From assembly GCA_964519015.1 (NCBI GenBank), contig CAZFHZ010000003.1:13371-77370 (forward strand): a stretch of DNA of 64,000 bases, written 5' to 3'. The notes below the pieces were generated by a model, which was given only the letters and a program-made list of their open reading frames with translations, searched no databases and was not told the origin of the DNA. Position 1 is the first letter of the stretch; every line of letters begins with the position of its first letter. The DNA comes from an uncultured Gemmatimonadota bacterium (GTDB lineage Bacteria; Blakebacterota; Blakebacteria; Blakebacterales; CAYUVJ01). Below, one piece after another: positions 39,035-49,300 of the stretch. Both the position numbers and the translations under genes were made by a program.

Positions 39035-39877
39035 TCAGCCGATCAGCACAGCGGCCAGCCCGACCGGCATGTCCCATTTCAGGACCCGGGCCAGTTCTCC
39101 GTACTCGTCGTGGGTGAGCGTTCGGGTGAGCCGGATCAGGACGTAGAGCACCGGGACCCCCACCCCGGCCAGGGCGACCAGGGCGTAACCGAGCCCCAAC
39201 CAACCCAACAGGTGGGGGAGCGGCAGCGCGATCAGCAGCAGGACCAGGGTCAGCCGCACCGTCCGGCGGGCGGCCGTGGTACCGGCAGCGATCGGGAGGG
39301 TGCGTCGGCCGGCGGTGCGGTCGGCCGGTTCATCCTGCAGGTCCTTGACCACCTCCCGGGCCAGATGCATGAGGAAGGCCAGCCCCCCCGGGATCGCGCC
39401 GAAGAGACCCGTCCCGGCCGCCAGCCCCCCGAAGGGGAAGACCAGGCCGGAGACCACGGCCACGATCAGGTTCCCGACCAGCGGGATGCGCTTCCCCCAG
39501 AGGTCGTAGAAGACCACCCCGGCCACCGCCCCGAGGACGATCCAGCGGCAGACGGTGGGGAGCGGCCGGGCCGAAGCGAGCGCCCCGGCCAGCAGCAGCG
39601 CCCCCCAGAATCCCGCCAGGCCGGTCGGCACCAGGCCGCGCGGCAGGGGGCGGTGCGGTTTGTTCACCCGGTCGATGGCCACATCGGTCACGTCGTTGAG
39701 CACATTGCCACCGGCCGTTACCAGACCCGCGGCCAGGGCCGCCCAGCCCAGGCTGTGGGGAGCGAGGATCGGCCGGGGTCCGACCAGGGCTCCGACCCCG
39801 GCCGAGAGGGCGGCCAGCAGGACGTTGCCCGGTCGGATCAGCTGCAGCAGGGCGGAGATGCGGACCGGACCCCTCAT
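39035..39877 (-). CDS. UbiA-family prenyltransferase (membrane)
   Basis: NVLNDVTDVAIDRVNKPHRPLP (NDxxDxxxD) motif. Multi-TM. Confidence 0.7.
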   Translation of the reverse strand: MRGPVRISALLQLIRPGNVLLAALSAGVGALVGPRPILAPHSLGWAALAAGLVTAGGNVLNDVTDVAIDRVNKPHRPLPRGLVPTGLAGFWGALLLAGALASARPLPTVCRWIVLGAVAGVVFYDLWGKRIPLVGNLIVAVVSGLVFPFGGLAAGTGLFGAIPGGLAFLMHLAREVVKDLQDEPADRTAGRRTLPIAAGTTAARRTVRLTLVLLLIALPLPHLLGWLGLGYALVALAGVGVPVLYVLIRLTRTLTHDEYGELARVLKWDMPVGLAAVLIG

Positions 39878-40728
39878 CCCCCGATCCCCCCTGGTGGCAC
39901 CACCGGCCCGATCGGACGCCGGCGGGCGTTGGGTGGGACCGGCAGATGAAAATCATCCGCTCCCCCCCCGGGGCGGAAGTCGCGGCGGACCACATCGAAG
40001 AGCACCTCCAGCCCGGTCCCGGGGTAGGAGACCTCGATGCTGCCGGGCAGCAGCACCCCGTTCTGACGTCGCCATCCGGTGTAGCGGCTCTGCCAGAGCA
40101 TCTGGTCGAGGGGGTCGAGAAAGGCGGCACTGCGGAAGAGCATGTCCTCACCGAGGATGAGCAGCAGGTGGTTGCCGTCGGGCATCCGCACCCCGATCAC
40201 GACCCGGCCGTTCCCGACATCGAACCGGTCGATCCCGTCGTAGAGGCGCGTCCAGTCCCGGCCGAGGGCGGGACCGAGCACCCATTCGCGGATCATGGAA
40301 GGATGGAGCGGGAAGCCGTTGATCGAGAGCATGGCGTCCGGATCGATCCGCCCCTCCAGTACGGTCTGCTCGGACGGGACCCAGATCCGGGCCTGCTCCC
40401 CGGTCAGGACCGCCTGGGTCACCGTCACCCCCATGAAGGCGGTGATATCGAAGCGGAAGGAATCGGGGGCGGCGTAGCGCACGACCACGTTCCCGGAGAG
40501 CGAACCCCCGTCGAGGCGGACCTGCAGGGTGCCGGTGGTCCGCATCCCGGTGACCGTTCCGGTCCGGGCGGTCGCCTCGCGGAGTACCCCCACCGGACCG
40601 AGTTCGAGCAGGTCTGGGGGAGGTACGTTCCGATACGGACGACCGGCACAGGCCGGGAGGATCAGGAGCGGGAGGAGCCGGTGGAGGATCGCCGGCAACG
40701 GGCCGCGGGAGAGGGCCGGAGCGGACAT
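39874..40728 (-). CDS. Hypothetical lipoprotein (DUF4292/LolA-like)
   Basis: Lipobox LPACAG. Overlaps the ubiA start by 4 nt. Confidence 0.45.
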   Translation of the reverse strand: MSAPALSRGPLPAILHRLLPLLILPACAGRPYRNVPPPDLLELGPVGVLREATARTGTVTGMRTTGTLQVRLDGGSLSGNVVVRYAAPDSFRFDITAFMGVTVTQAVLTGEQARIWVPSEQTVLEGRIDPDAMLSINGFPLHPSMIREWVLGPALGRDWTRLYDGIDRFDVGNGRVVIGVRMPDGNHLLLILGEDMLFRSAAFLDPLDQMLWQSRYTGWRRQNGVLLPGSIEVSYPGTGLEVLFDVVRRDFRPGGGADDFHLPVPPNARRRPIGPVVPPGGIGG

Positions 40729-40764
40729 GGAAGGAATATACCCCCGGCTCCCGGGCTCACCAAG

Positions 40765-43700
40765 TCATGGGACCGGTGGCGGTCCGGGCCCCGGCCGGAA
40801 GCGTCCCGAGCCGAGCTGGTTGTCCAGTTCGACCAGCCAGAAGGCGGCCACCGTGTTGCGGGGATCGACCCGGTAGGCACTGCGGAAGGTCTCGCGGGCC
40901 TGATCGATGAGGCCGACCTCGAACTGGGTCCGGGCCAGGTAGACCAGCACGTTACCCGGGGGGGTGCGTGGATCGGTGACGGGGACGAGCGACTTCCCCT
41001 GCTCCGGGGACAATCGGGAGAGGATCTGCCGCAGTGCGGTCGGGTCGGCGGCCAGCCCGAGCAGTTGCCGGGTCTGATCCAGGGAGGCCAGGGCGAGGTC
41101 GTAACGTCCCTGGTCGTAGGCGACCTGGCCGTGCAGGTAGTGGTAGTAGCCCCGGTTCGAGACCAGCCGGTCGGCCGCCGCCGGCAGTACCTCCAGGAGC
41201 TGACCCGCCAGGTCGGAGGCATCGTAGAAGGCGGAACGGAGGGTGGCGTAAGCCTCGGTCAGCAGGTCGATGTAGGTGACGGTCCGGAGGGAATCGTCCG
41301 GTGTCCGGCGCCAGAGGCGGGCCGCCTCCTCCACCGCCGCCCGCTGTGCCACGACCCCGAAGCGCAGGGCGCGGTCGGCAGCGTGCGCATCGGCCGGAGC
41401 CGAGGTGCTCCAGGCCGCCGCCACGGAAGCGTGCAGGCGCGGCAGCGACTCTCCGCTCCCTTCCAGGTACTCATCCAGGTCGGTCAGTTCCCGGACGGTC
41501 GGGACTCGCCCGTCGAGATAGTCTTTCAGCGCCAGTCGTGTATTCCGCAGCGTCCGGTTCCGCTCGTCGAAACGCACATGCAGGGTGGCCTGGCGGTCGA
41601 GGAAGAAGGCGCGGGGCGCCCGGTATTCGAGGAAGGGGTGGTCGTCGGTGTTGATCCATCCCCCCAGGCTGTTGGCCTCGCCGACGCGGAGCGGACTCAT
41701 GAGCTGCCGGCTGAGCAGCGTGAAGAGGCCGCGCAGGCCGATCCGGGCCAGGTCTCCGGCGACCGCCTCCCGTTCGAGGGCCTCGGCCGCCCGCGGGAAG
41801 TCCCAGACCGGGGGCTGCCGGGTGCCGACCAGCAGCAGGTCGGCGTTGCTCATGCTCCAGACGGTGACGAAGGGGAACACCTCGCCGAAGGTCAGCAGCA
41901 CACAGGCGAGTGTCTCGTCGTCCTGCTCGTAGGCGTGGATCCACTGGGCGACCGCCCCGCCCGGTTCCAGCCGGTCGCGCAGGGTCCGGAAGTACTCAAG
42001 CGAAAAGAGACCGCCGATCCCGGCGATCCACGGGTTGCTCGGCTCCGAGAGGATGAGGTCGTACCGCGCGTCGGGACGGGTCAGCAGGAAGGTCTTGGCG
42101 TCCTGGGTGGCCAGCTCGGTCCGCGGGTCATCCAGCGGCCGGCCGTTGATGTGGTCGAAGAACCGGCTGGCGGCCACGACCCCCGGGGAGATCTCCACCA
42201 CCTCGACCCGCTCCACCGGGTAGTGGAGCAGGTGGCCCGCCGTCTGGCCGCTCCCCAGTCCCACCACCAGCGCCCGACGGGCATCCGGTACCATGGCTGC
42301 GGGGATGGCGGCGATGAGTGTCTGGGTGATCTGGTCGTTGCGGAAGGTGCTCGCGTCCGCCTTCCCGTTCACCACCAGCGAGACCTCCTGCCCGGTGCGC
42401 AGCACGGCCACCGTGCCGTTGACATCCTCGGTGTAGAAGGCCACGTCGATCCGCTCCAGCTCCTCGCGGAAGCGCTCCGGCGTCACCTCCTCGCTCTGGT
42501 GCCACCGGAAGACCCCGGAAGCCAGGGCCCGCCGGTCCCAGGCGGGAGCGGCCACCAGGTAGAGCAGGAAGAGGAGGGCCATTGCGACCCCGATCCGCCT
42601 CAGCCGGAGGCCCCCCACCGCCGGATGGAGGGCCAGCAGACCGATCCCCACCGCCAGGTTGACCAGGATGCCGCACTCCATGGTCAGGCGCACGCCCAGC
42701 AGCGGGAGCATCACCAGGCCGCCCAGCAGTGCGCCCAGGATGGTACCGGCCGTGTTGACCGCGTAGACCTGTCCGACCGGCCAGCCCACCCGCTGCTGCA
42801 GCCGGGCTGCGACATCGGTGGCCAGCGGGAGCGCCGCCCCGGAGGCGATGGTGGGCGGCATCATCAGGAGCAGGCAGAAGAGGTACTTGAGCAGTTCATG
42901 GAGGTTGTAGCCGCCCGGCGTGCGCGCCACCATCTGCTGCAGGTCGAGGAAGAGATAGGGAAGCCGGGCATAGAGCGGCAGCGTGACCAGCAGCGCGACC
43001 CCGATCGCGGTCTGGGCGAGGGCGAACCAGAAAAAGGGCCGTCCCCCCCGGGCCAGCCGGCGGGCCAGCAGCGAGCCGAGCGCAATCCCGGTTATGAAGG
43101 CCGCCAGCATCAGGGTGAAGGAGTAGGTGCTGGAACCGAGGATGGTCGAGAGCAGACGGATCCAGGCGACCTCGTAGATCATCACGATGAAGCCGGAGAA
43201 CCCCGCCCCCAGCACGGCCAGCCGGGCCAGCTGCAGCGTCCGCTCCGGTCCGATCCCGGGGAACTCCGAGAGCAGGAGGTCGGGAGTGGGGACCGGTCCG
43301 GTCCGGGGCGCCTCCCCCTCCGGCCCGGTGGCCGGGCGGACCAGGGCGCCGAAGCGCCAGGCCCCCAGCAGGCCCACCGCCACCACTTCGTTGATGAGGG
43401 CGGCGACGGTGAGGGTGGCCGCCAGTCCGAGCGCCGGGACCAGGAAGAAACCGGTGGCCAGGGCGCCGGTCACCGCGCCCAGACTGTTGATGAAGTAGAG
43501 GCCGGCCACCCCGCGACCGACCCGTTCGGGAAGCGCCACCGCCCCCCGGACCAGCAGCGGCAGCGTGCCCCCCATCAGGAACGTCGAAGGGCCCAGGAGC
43601 AGACCCGCCACCACCAGCTTGGCCAGGGTCCCCCCCACCCCATCGGCCCCCACCATAGAGGTCAGGCCGATGTAGAGTCCGCTCCCCAGCCGGAAGAGAA

Positions 43701-43992
43701 GGGGGAAGGCGAGCCCCCACAGTCCGATGGCCATCTCCAGGTAGGTGTAGAGCACCACCGGGTCGCGCACCCGGTCGACGATCCGCCCGAACGTCCAGGA
43801 GCCGAGCGCCAGTCCGCCCATATAGGCGGCCAGTACCAGTACGTGGGCCCAGGCGGTCCCGCCCACCACCAGGGTCAGGTAACGGGCCCACACGACCTCG
43901 TAGACCAGTCCCGCCGCCCCGGAGAGGAAGAAGGCGGTCCAGAGGGCCGGCAGGAACCAGCGGGTCGGGACGGTGGATCGGAGTGTATCCAT
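40765..43992 (-). CDS. Fused polytopic membrane domain, spermidine-synthase-like SAM-dependent domain and TPR-like C-terminus (1075 aa)
   Basis: About 12 predicted TM helices, then SEPSNPWIAGIGGLFSLEYF and GGAVAQWIH spermidine-synthase blocks, then TPR-like repeats. Confidence 0.65.
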   Translation of the reverse strand: MDTLRSTVPTRWFLPALWTAFFLSGAAGLVYEVVWARYLTLVVGGTAWAHVLVLAAYMGGLALGSWTFGRIVDRVRDPVVLYTYLEMAIGLWGLAFPLLFRLGSGLYIGLTSMVGADGVGGTLAKLVVAGLLLGPSTFLMGGTLPLLVRGAVALPERVGRGVAGLYFINSLGAVTGALATGFFLVPALGLAATLTVAALINEVVAVGLLGAWRFGALVRPATGPEGEAPRTGPVPTPDLLLSEFPGIGPERTLQLARLAVLGAGFSGFIVMIYEVAWIRLLSTILGSSTYSFTLMLAAFITGIALGSLLARRLARGGRPFFWFALAQTAIGVALLVTLPLYARLPYLFLDLQQMVARTPGGYNLHELLKYLFCLLLMMPPTIASGAALPLATDVAARLQQRVGWPVGQVYAVNTAGTILGALLGGLVMLPLLGVRLTMECGILVNLAVGIGLLALHPAVGGLRLRRIGVAMALLFLLYLVAAPAWDRRALASGVFRWHQSEEVTPERFREELERIDVAFYTEDVNGTVAVLRTGQEVSLVVNGKADASTFRNDQITQTLIAAIPAAMVPDARRALVVGLGSGQTAGHLLHYPVERVEVVEISPGVVAASRFFDHINGRPLDDPRTELATQDAKTFLLTRPDARYDLILSEPSNPWIAGIGGLFSLEYFRTLRDRLEPGGAVAQWIHAYEQDDETLACVLLTFGEVFPFVTVWSMSNADLLLVGTRQPPVWDFPRAAEALEREAVAGDLARIGLRGLFTLLSRQLMSPLRVGEANSLGGWINTDDHPFLEYRAPRAFFLDRQATLHVRFDERNRTLRNTRLALKDYLDGRVPTVRELTDLDEYLEGSGESLPRLHASVAAAWSTSAPADAHAADRALRFGVVAQRAAVEEAARLWRRTPDDSLRTVTYIDLLTEAYATLRSAFYDASDLAGQLLEVLPAAADRLVSNRGYYHYLHGQVAYDQGRYDLALASLDQTRQLLGLAADPTALRQILSRLSPEQGKSLVPVTDPRTPPGNVLVYLARTQFEVGLIDQARETFRSAYRVDPRNTVAAFWLVELDNQLGSGRFRPGPGPPPVP

Positions 43993-44165
43993 GGGGTGGG
44001 AGTATGCTACGGCGGCGCCCGGCTGCAAACCCCCGGATGGGGGCCGGTGTTACCGTTCTCCCTGTACGCACCGCGCGCCGGCGGTGTAGTCCTATCCTTC
44101 GGACGGGTCGTGTCGGCCCGCCACGACACCGCCGACGGCCACTCCCGTGACGTATGGAGGACGAC

Positions 44166-45686
44166 ATGGCACTCATCATCGACGGAACCCATCTGACGGT
44201 CGACCAGGTCGTCGCCGTGGCCCGCCATGGAGAACCGGTGGCCCTAGATGAGGCCTCCGAGGAGCGGATCCGGGTCTGCCGGAAGATGATCGAACGCAAG
44301 CTCGCGGCCCGGGAGATCATATACGGCGTCAACACCGGCATCGGGGAGTTCTCCGAGACGGTGCTGAACGAGGAGGAGGTCCGCCAGTTCCAGCGCTACC
44401 TGGTCTACAACCATGCCGCCGGGATCGGGGAGCCCGCTCCCGCCGAGCACGTCCGGGCGGCCATGCTCAGCCGGGTCAACGTGCACGCCAAGGGGTGCAG
44501 CGCCATCCGGCTCGAGATCCCCCGCCTCTACCTCGAGATGCTCAACCGGGGGGTGACCCCCTACGTCTGCCGGAAAGGCTCGGTGGGGGCCAGCGGCGAC
44601 CTCGCTCCCATGTCACAGATCGCGCTCTGTGCGATGGGGGAGGGTCAGGCCTGGTACCAGGGAGAGCTGCTGCCCGGCGCCGAAGCGCTCCGGCGGGCCG
44701 GTCTGGAACCGGTGGTCCTTCAGGCCCGGGATGGGCTGGCCGCCATCAACGGCTCCAACATGCTCAACGGCATGAACGCCCTCCATCTCTACGACATGGA
44801 CCGCTGGTTGCGGCAGGCCGAGATCGCCGCCGCCATGACGCTCGAGGCGCTCGACGCCAACATGAAGCCGTACGACGAACGCCTTCACCGAGCGCGCGGC
44901 TTCGCCGGCGCGGTGCGCAGCGCCCGCTCCCTCCTGCGTTGTCTGGAGGGGAGCGAGACGCTCGAGGGGGGGAAGAAGAAGGTCCAGGACGCCTACTCGA
45001 TGCGCAGCACCCCCCAAGTGATCGGGGCGGCCCACGACGCGGTGGCCTGGGCGCGCAGCCAGGTGGAGATCGAACTCAACGGTGTGGGGGACAATCCCAT
45101 CTTCCTGGCCGACCAGGACACCGTTCTGACCGGCGCCAACTTCCAGGGCAGTCCGGTCTCTCTCCCCATGGACCTGGCCGGCACCGCCGTCACGATGGTC
45201 TCGGTGTTGAGCGAGCGCCGTCTCAACCGCCTGCTCAACCCCGCCCTCTCGGTCGGGCTCCCCCCCTTCCTGGCCGAGAAACCGGGTCTGTTCAGCGGCA
45301 TGATGCTGAGCCAGTACACCGCCGGGACCCTGATCGTGGAACAGCGCATGCTCTCCGCCCCCGCTTCCTGCGCCTCCATCCCGGCCGCCGCCGACCAGGA
45401 GGACTTCGTCAGCATGGGAATGAACACCGCCCTCAAGAACGAGCAGATCCTGGAGAACGCCTGCGGGATACTGGGGATCGAGTTCATGGCCGCCGCCCAG
45501 GCCCTCGACCTGCGGGGGCGGCGTCTGGGCCGAGGGACCGCGGCCGCCCGCGAAGTGATCCGCCGTCACGTGACGCACCTCGGGGAGGACCGTCCCCTCT
45601 ACCCGGACCATACCGAAATGGCCGCCCTGGTCGCTTCCGGCGAGATCCTGGAAGCAGTCGAAGCGGCGGTGGGTCCGCTTCTCTGA
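44166..45686 (+). CDS. hutH: Histidine ammonia-lyase (MIO-dependent aromatic/His ammonia-lyase family)
   Basis: GSVGASGDLAPMS (the ASG triad forms MIO). ATG at 44166 behind GGAGGA. Confidence 0.85.
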   Translation: MALIIDGTHLTVDQVVAVARHGEPVALDEASEERIRVCRKMIERKLAAREIIYGVNTGIGEFSETVLNEEEVRQFQRYLVYNHAAGIGEPAPAEHVRAAMLSRVNVHAKGCSAIRLEIPRLYLEMLNRGVTPYVCRKGSVGASGDLAPMSQIALCAMGEGQAWYQGELLPGAEALRRAGLEPVVLQARDGLAAINGSNMLNGMNALHLYDMDRWLRQAEIAAAMTLEALDANMKPYDERLHRARGFAGAVRSARSLLRCLEGSETLEGGKKKVQDAYSMRSTPQVIGAAHDAVAWARSQVEIELNGVGDNPIFLADQDTVLTGANFQGSPVSLPMDLAGTAVTMVSVLSERRLNRLLNPALSVGLPPFLAEKPGLFSGMMLSQYTAGTLIVEQRMLSAPASCASIPAAADQEDFVSMGMNTALKNEQILENACGILGIEFMAAAQALDLRGRRLGRGTAAAREVIRRHVTHLGEDRPLYPDHTEMAALVASGEILEAVEAAVGPLL

Positions 45687-45701
45687 ACCGGGAGGCCCGT
45701 G

Positions 45702-46361
45702 ATGCCGGACGATCCGTTCGCCCTCTTCATAATCGTCCTGGTCGCCCTCGTCATCTTCTCCATCTTCTGGGCGATCCAGCAGGGCAAAGCCCGCCAGGTC
45801 GCCATCAAGGCGCTGGCCGGCCATCTCGGTTTCGAGTTCACTCCCGCGTGCGCCGGCGCTCCCGACCCGGAACTGGCCGGGTTCCGGCTCTTCGACCAGG
45901 GGCACTCCCGCCGCAGTTTCAACATCCTGCGGGGGGTCCTCGGCCGGGAGCAGGCCCTCATCTGCGACTACCAGTACACCACCGGCGGGGGGAAGAGCCG
46001 CCAGACCCACTCCTATGTCGTGACCGCTTTCCAGCTGGAGGGCCGCCGGCTGCCGCGCTTCGAGCTGCGCCCGGAGAACGTCTTTCACCGCATCGGTCAG
46101 GTGTTCGGCTACCAGGACATCGACTTCCAGGAGGACGAGGCGTTCTCGAAGATGTATCTGCTGCGGGGAGAGGATGAGCAGGCCGTGCGGGCGCTCTTCA
46201 AGAGCTACGTGCTGGACCACTTCAAGCGATCGGGAGGCTGGCATCTGGAGGGGAGTGACCGCTGGCTTATCGTCTGGAAGTCGGGGCGTCGGCCTCGACC
46301 GGAGGAACTGCGCGGGCGTCTGGAAGAGGCCCACGCGATCTGTGAGCTGCTCCGGACGTGA
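45702..46361 (+). CDS. Hypothetical N-terminally membrane-anchored protein
   Basis: GGGAGG RBS. One TM helix, then a soluble domain. No family recognised. Confidence 0.45.
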   Translation: MPDDPFALFIIVLVALVIFSIFWAIQQGKARQVAIKALAGHLGFEFTPACAGAPDPELAGFRLFDQGHSRRSFNILRGVLGREQALICDYQYTTGGGKSRQTHSYVVTAFQLEGRRLPRFELRPENVFHRIGQVFGYQDIDFQEDEAFSKMYLLRGEDEQAVRALFKSYVLDHFKRSGGWHLEGSDRWLIVWKSGRRPRPEELRGRLEEAHAICELLRT

Positions 46362-46391
46362 CCTGAGTGCAGGGGTGGGCCGCCGTTCGGC

Positions 46392-49300
46392 TCAGGCGGC
46401 GGCCTCCTCCTCCCCGAAGCGCACCCCGACCACCTTGCTCACCCCCGGCTCCTCCATGGTGATGCCCAGGAAAGTGTCGGAAGACTCCATGGTCCGCTTG
46501 CTGTGCGTGATCAGGATGAACTGGGTGGTCTCCCCGAACTGTTCGAGTACCCGCAGGAAACGGCCGATGTTGGCCTCGTCCAGGGGTGCGTCCACCTCGT
46601 CCAGGATGCAGAAGGGGCTCGGCTTCACCAGGTAGATGGCGAAGAGCAGAGCGACCGCGGTCAGCGCCCGCTCCCCCCCCGAGAGGGCGGTCATGTTCTT
46701 CAGGATCTTCCCCTTCGGTCGGGCCACGATCTCGATGCGCGACTCGAGCGGGTCGGCCTCATCCCCCAGGTAGATGTCGGCCTCGCCCCCTTCGAAGAAC
46801 TGCGAGTAGGTGCGCCGGAAGTTGGCCCGGATCGCCTCGAAGGTGGCCGTGAAGCGATTGCGGGCGGTCTTGTTGATCTTACGGATGGTCTGCTGCAGGT
46901 CGTCCCGGGCCGCCACCAGGTCGTCCCGCTGGACGGTCAGGAAGTCGAACCGTTTCTTCTCACTCTCGTATTCCTCCAGGGCGAGCAGGTTGACCGGGCC
47001 GAGCTTGTCGAGCCGCTCCTTGAGGGTGCGCACCTCCTCGTCGAGCGCCTCGTATTCCGGGGGTTCCTCCCCTTCGGCCAGCAGCTGCGACTCCTCGACG
47101 GCGGCCAGGTCGATGTCGTACTCCTCGCGGATGCGTTCGGCCAGATGTTCCCGTCGCCCGTTCAGGTCGTGCAGGCGCAGCTCCAGGGAGTGGATGCGCT
47201 CCTGCTGTTCCTCCCGGTCACGACGTTCCCGTCGCAGCTCCTCCTCCATCTCGGCCAGGCTGTTCCGATGGGCGTAGAAGGCCGATTCCCGTTCCGAGAG
47301 ATCGGCCTCCAGCCGGAGCCGGACTTCGCGGCGGCCGGCCAGGTCCCCTTCCTTCTCTTCCATGACCCGGGTCAGGCCGGCGGCCGCGGCCTCCGACTCC
47401 TCCGCTTCGCCCCGTCGCCGCACCGCGGCCTGGTCGAGTTCGTCGGCGCTCTCCAGCAGCCGGTGCCGTTCCCGTTCCAGTCCTTCGATCCGGTGCTCCG
47501 CCCGGACCCGGCCCAACCGGACCTCCTGCTGCATCTGGCGGTCGCGGTCACGCTCCCCGGTCAGGATCCGCACGGTCCGGGTCTGCGCCTCCATCTGTCC
47601 GCCCAGCTGCCCGCTCTCCTCGAGCGCCTGGGTCAGCAGCGGGCTCAACTTCTCCAGCTCGGTGACGTCCTCCCCCAGCTCGGTCTCCTCGTCGGTGATC
47701 CGCACCCGCAGGTCCTCGGCCCGCTCTTTCAGCCCGACGTGCCGCGACTGGGCGTTCCCCTGAGCCCGTTCCTGTTCGTGCAGGAGCTCATCCAGCCCCT
47801 CCAGGTCGGTCCGGACCGCGGTCGTGCGCGCCTTCAGGGTCTCCAGCCGGTCCAGTTCCGAGGTCAGCGCCTCTTCCGCCTCCCGCAGCGCCCGGCGCAG
47901 CCGTTCCTGTTCCTCCTCCAGCGACTGCAGCCGGCGCCGGCGGGCGAGCAGGCCCTCGTCGGCTCCGTGTTCGGCCGCCCGGCCCGCCCGCACTACTCCG
48001 GCCGGCGCGACCATCTCCCCGGCCGGGGTCACCAGGGTCCAGCCGACGACACCGGCCCGGGAGGCCAGGGCCAGGGCCCGGCCCAGGTCGGTCACCAGCA
48101 GAACCCGTCCGAGCAGCCGGCGGGCCACTCGCGCTTCCATCCCCTCCCCGCGCACCGCTTCGGCCAGCGGTCGCAGCACTCCCTCCTCCGGGCCGGCCCA
48201 GGCCGGCGGATGGAAGGTCCGCGGTGTGGCCAGGTGCGCCGCCAGCATCACCGCCCGCCCGCCCCGATCCAGCCCATCCAGTCGCGCCACCGCCCGTTCG
48301 AGGGCGGACTGGTCGGCAACCAGCAGTCCTTCGAGGGCGGGTCCGAGTGCCGCTTCGACCGCCGTCACGGCGTCCGGTTCGACCTGGAGGGTCTCGGCCA
48401 GCAGTCCCGCGATCCCCTCCCCCCCCTCCGTCCTCAGACGGCGGGCGGCCTCCCCCACCCCCTCCAGCCGCTCGAGCAGACCGCGGACCACGTCCCCTTC
48501 CGCCAGGGCGGCTTTCAGGCTGCCTTCCAGCTCGGCCCGCTGGTCGCCCAGGCGACGCAGCTCCCCGGAGCAGGTCTCCCGCAGCCGGTCGACCTCCTCA
48601 CGCTCTTCCACCAGGGTGGCGCGGCGCTCCCGGATCTCACGCAGGCGCTGACCGATCGCCGCGCTCTCCCGTTCCGACTGCTCGGCTTCGGTCAGCGCCT
48701 CCACCTGCTGAAGCCGCAATCCCTCCAGCCGGCGCCGGCGCTCGCTGACCTTGTACTGGAGGAACTCCGCGCGCTGGGCCTCGTCCTGATAGTAGTGACT
48801 GGCCCGGGCATGACGGTCGGTCAACTCGTCCAGTCCGCGCTGGGTATCCGCCAGCCGTTCCTCCACCACCGCCAGCGAGGCGCCCACCTGTTCTTCCCGC
48901 TCCCGATGTTCCTCCAGGTCGGTCCGCGCCTGGGCGATCTCACTGGTCAACCGCTCGCTCTCCGAGAGGGCATGCTGCCGGCGGCGGTCCATCTCCTCGG
49001 CTTCGCTGCGTCCACGCCGCGCCGACTCCTCGGCCGCCGTCCGCCGTTCGCGCAGGGCGATCAGTTCCGTCTCCACCTGGCGCGCCGCTTCCCGGGCCTG
49101 GTCCACCTCCAGCTGGAGGGCGGATAGGGCCTTCTCCAGGTCGAGGGCCTGCCGGTGCGCCTCGGCCACCGCGGCCTCCTTCTGAGCGAGCCCGGCCCCC
49201 GTCCCCTGCCGGGTGTCGCGCAGCAGGCGGATCTCCTCACGCAGTGGTTTCATCTCCTCGTCGATACGGCGGTCGCGCAGCAGGCCCAGGTGGACCTCGG

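Noticed and set aside
39946-44196. 1416-aa plus-strand ORF, together with other very long antisense ORFs (10055..12886, 46503..49127, 49155..51527, 53231..55414, 13926..15650, 22382..23968)
   Set aside because: They lie antisense to confidently recognised genes (spermidine-synthase fusion, GlnE-like, smc, selA, DASS transporter, korA2, GGDEF). They have low-complexity Pro/Arg/Gly-rich translations typical of high-GC antisense frames and no RBS or start context.
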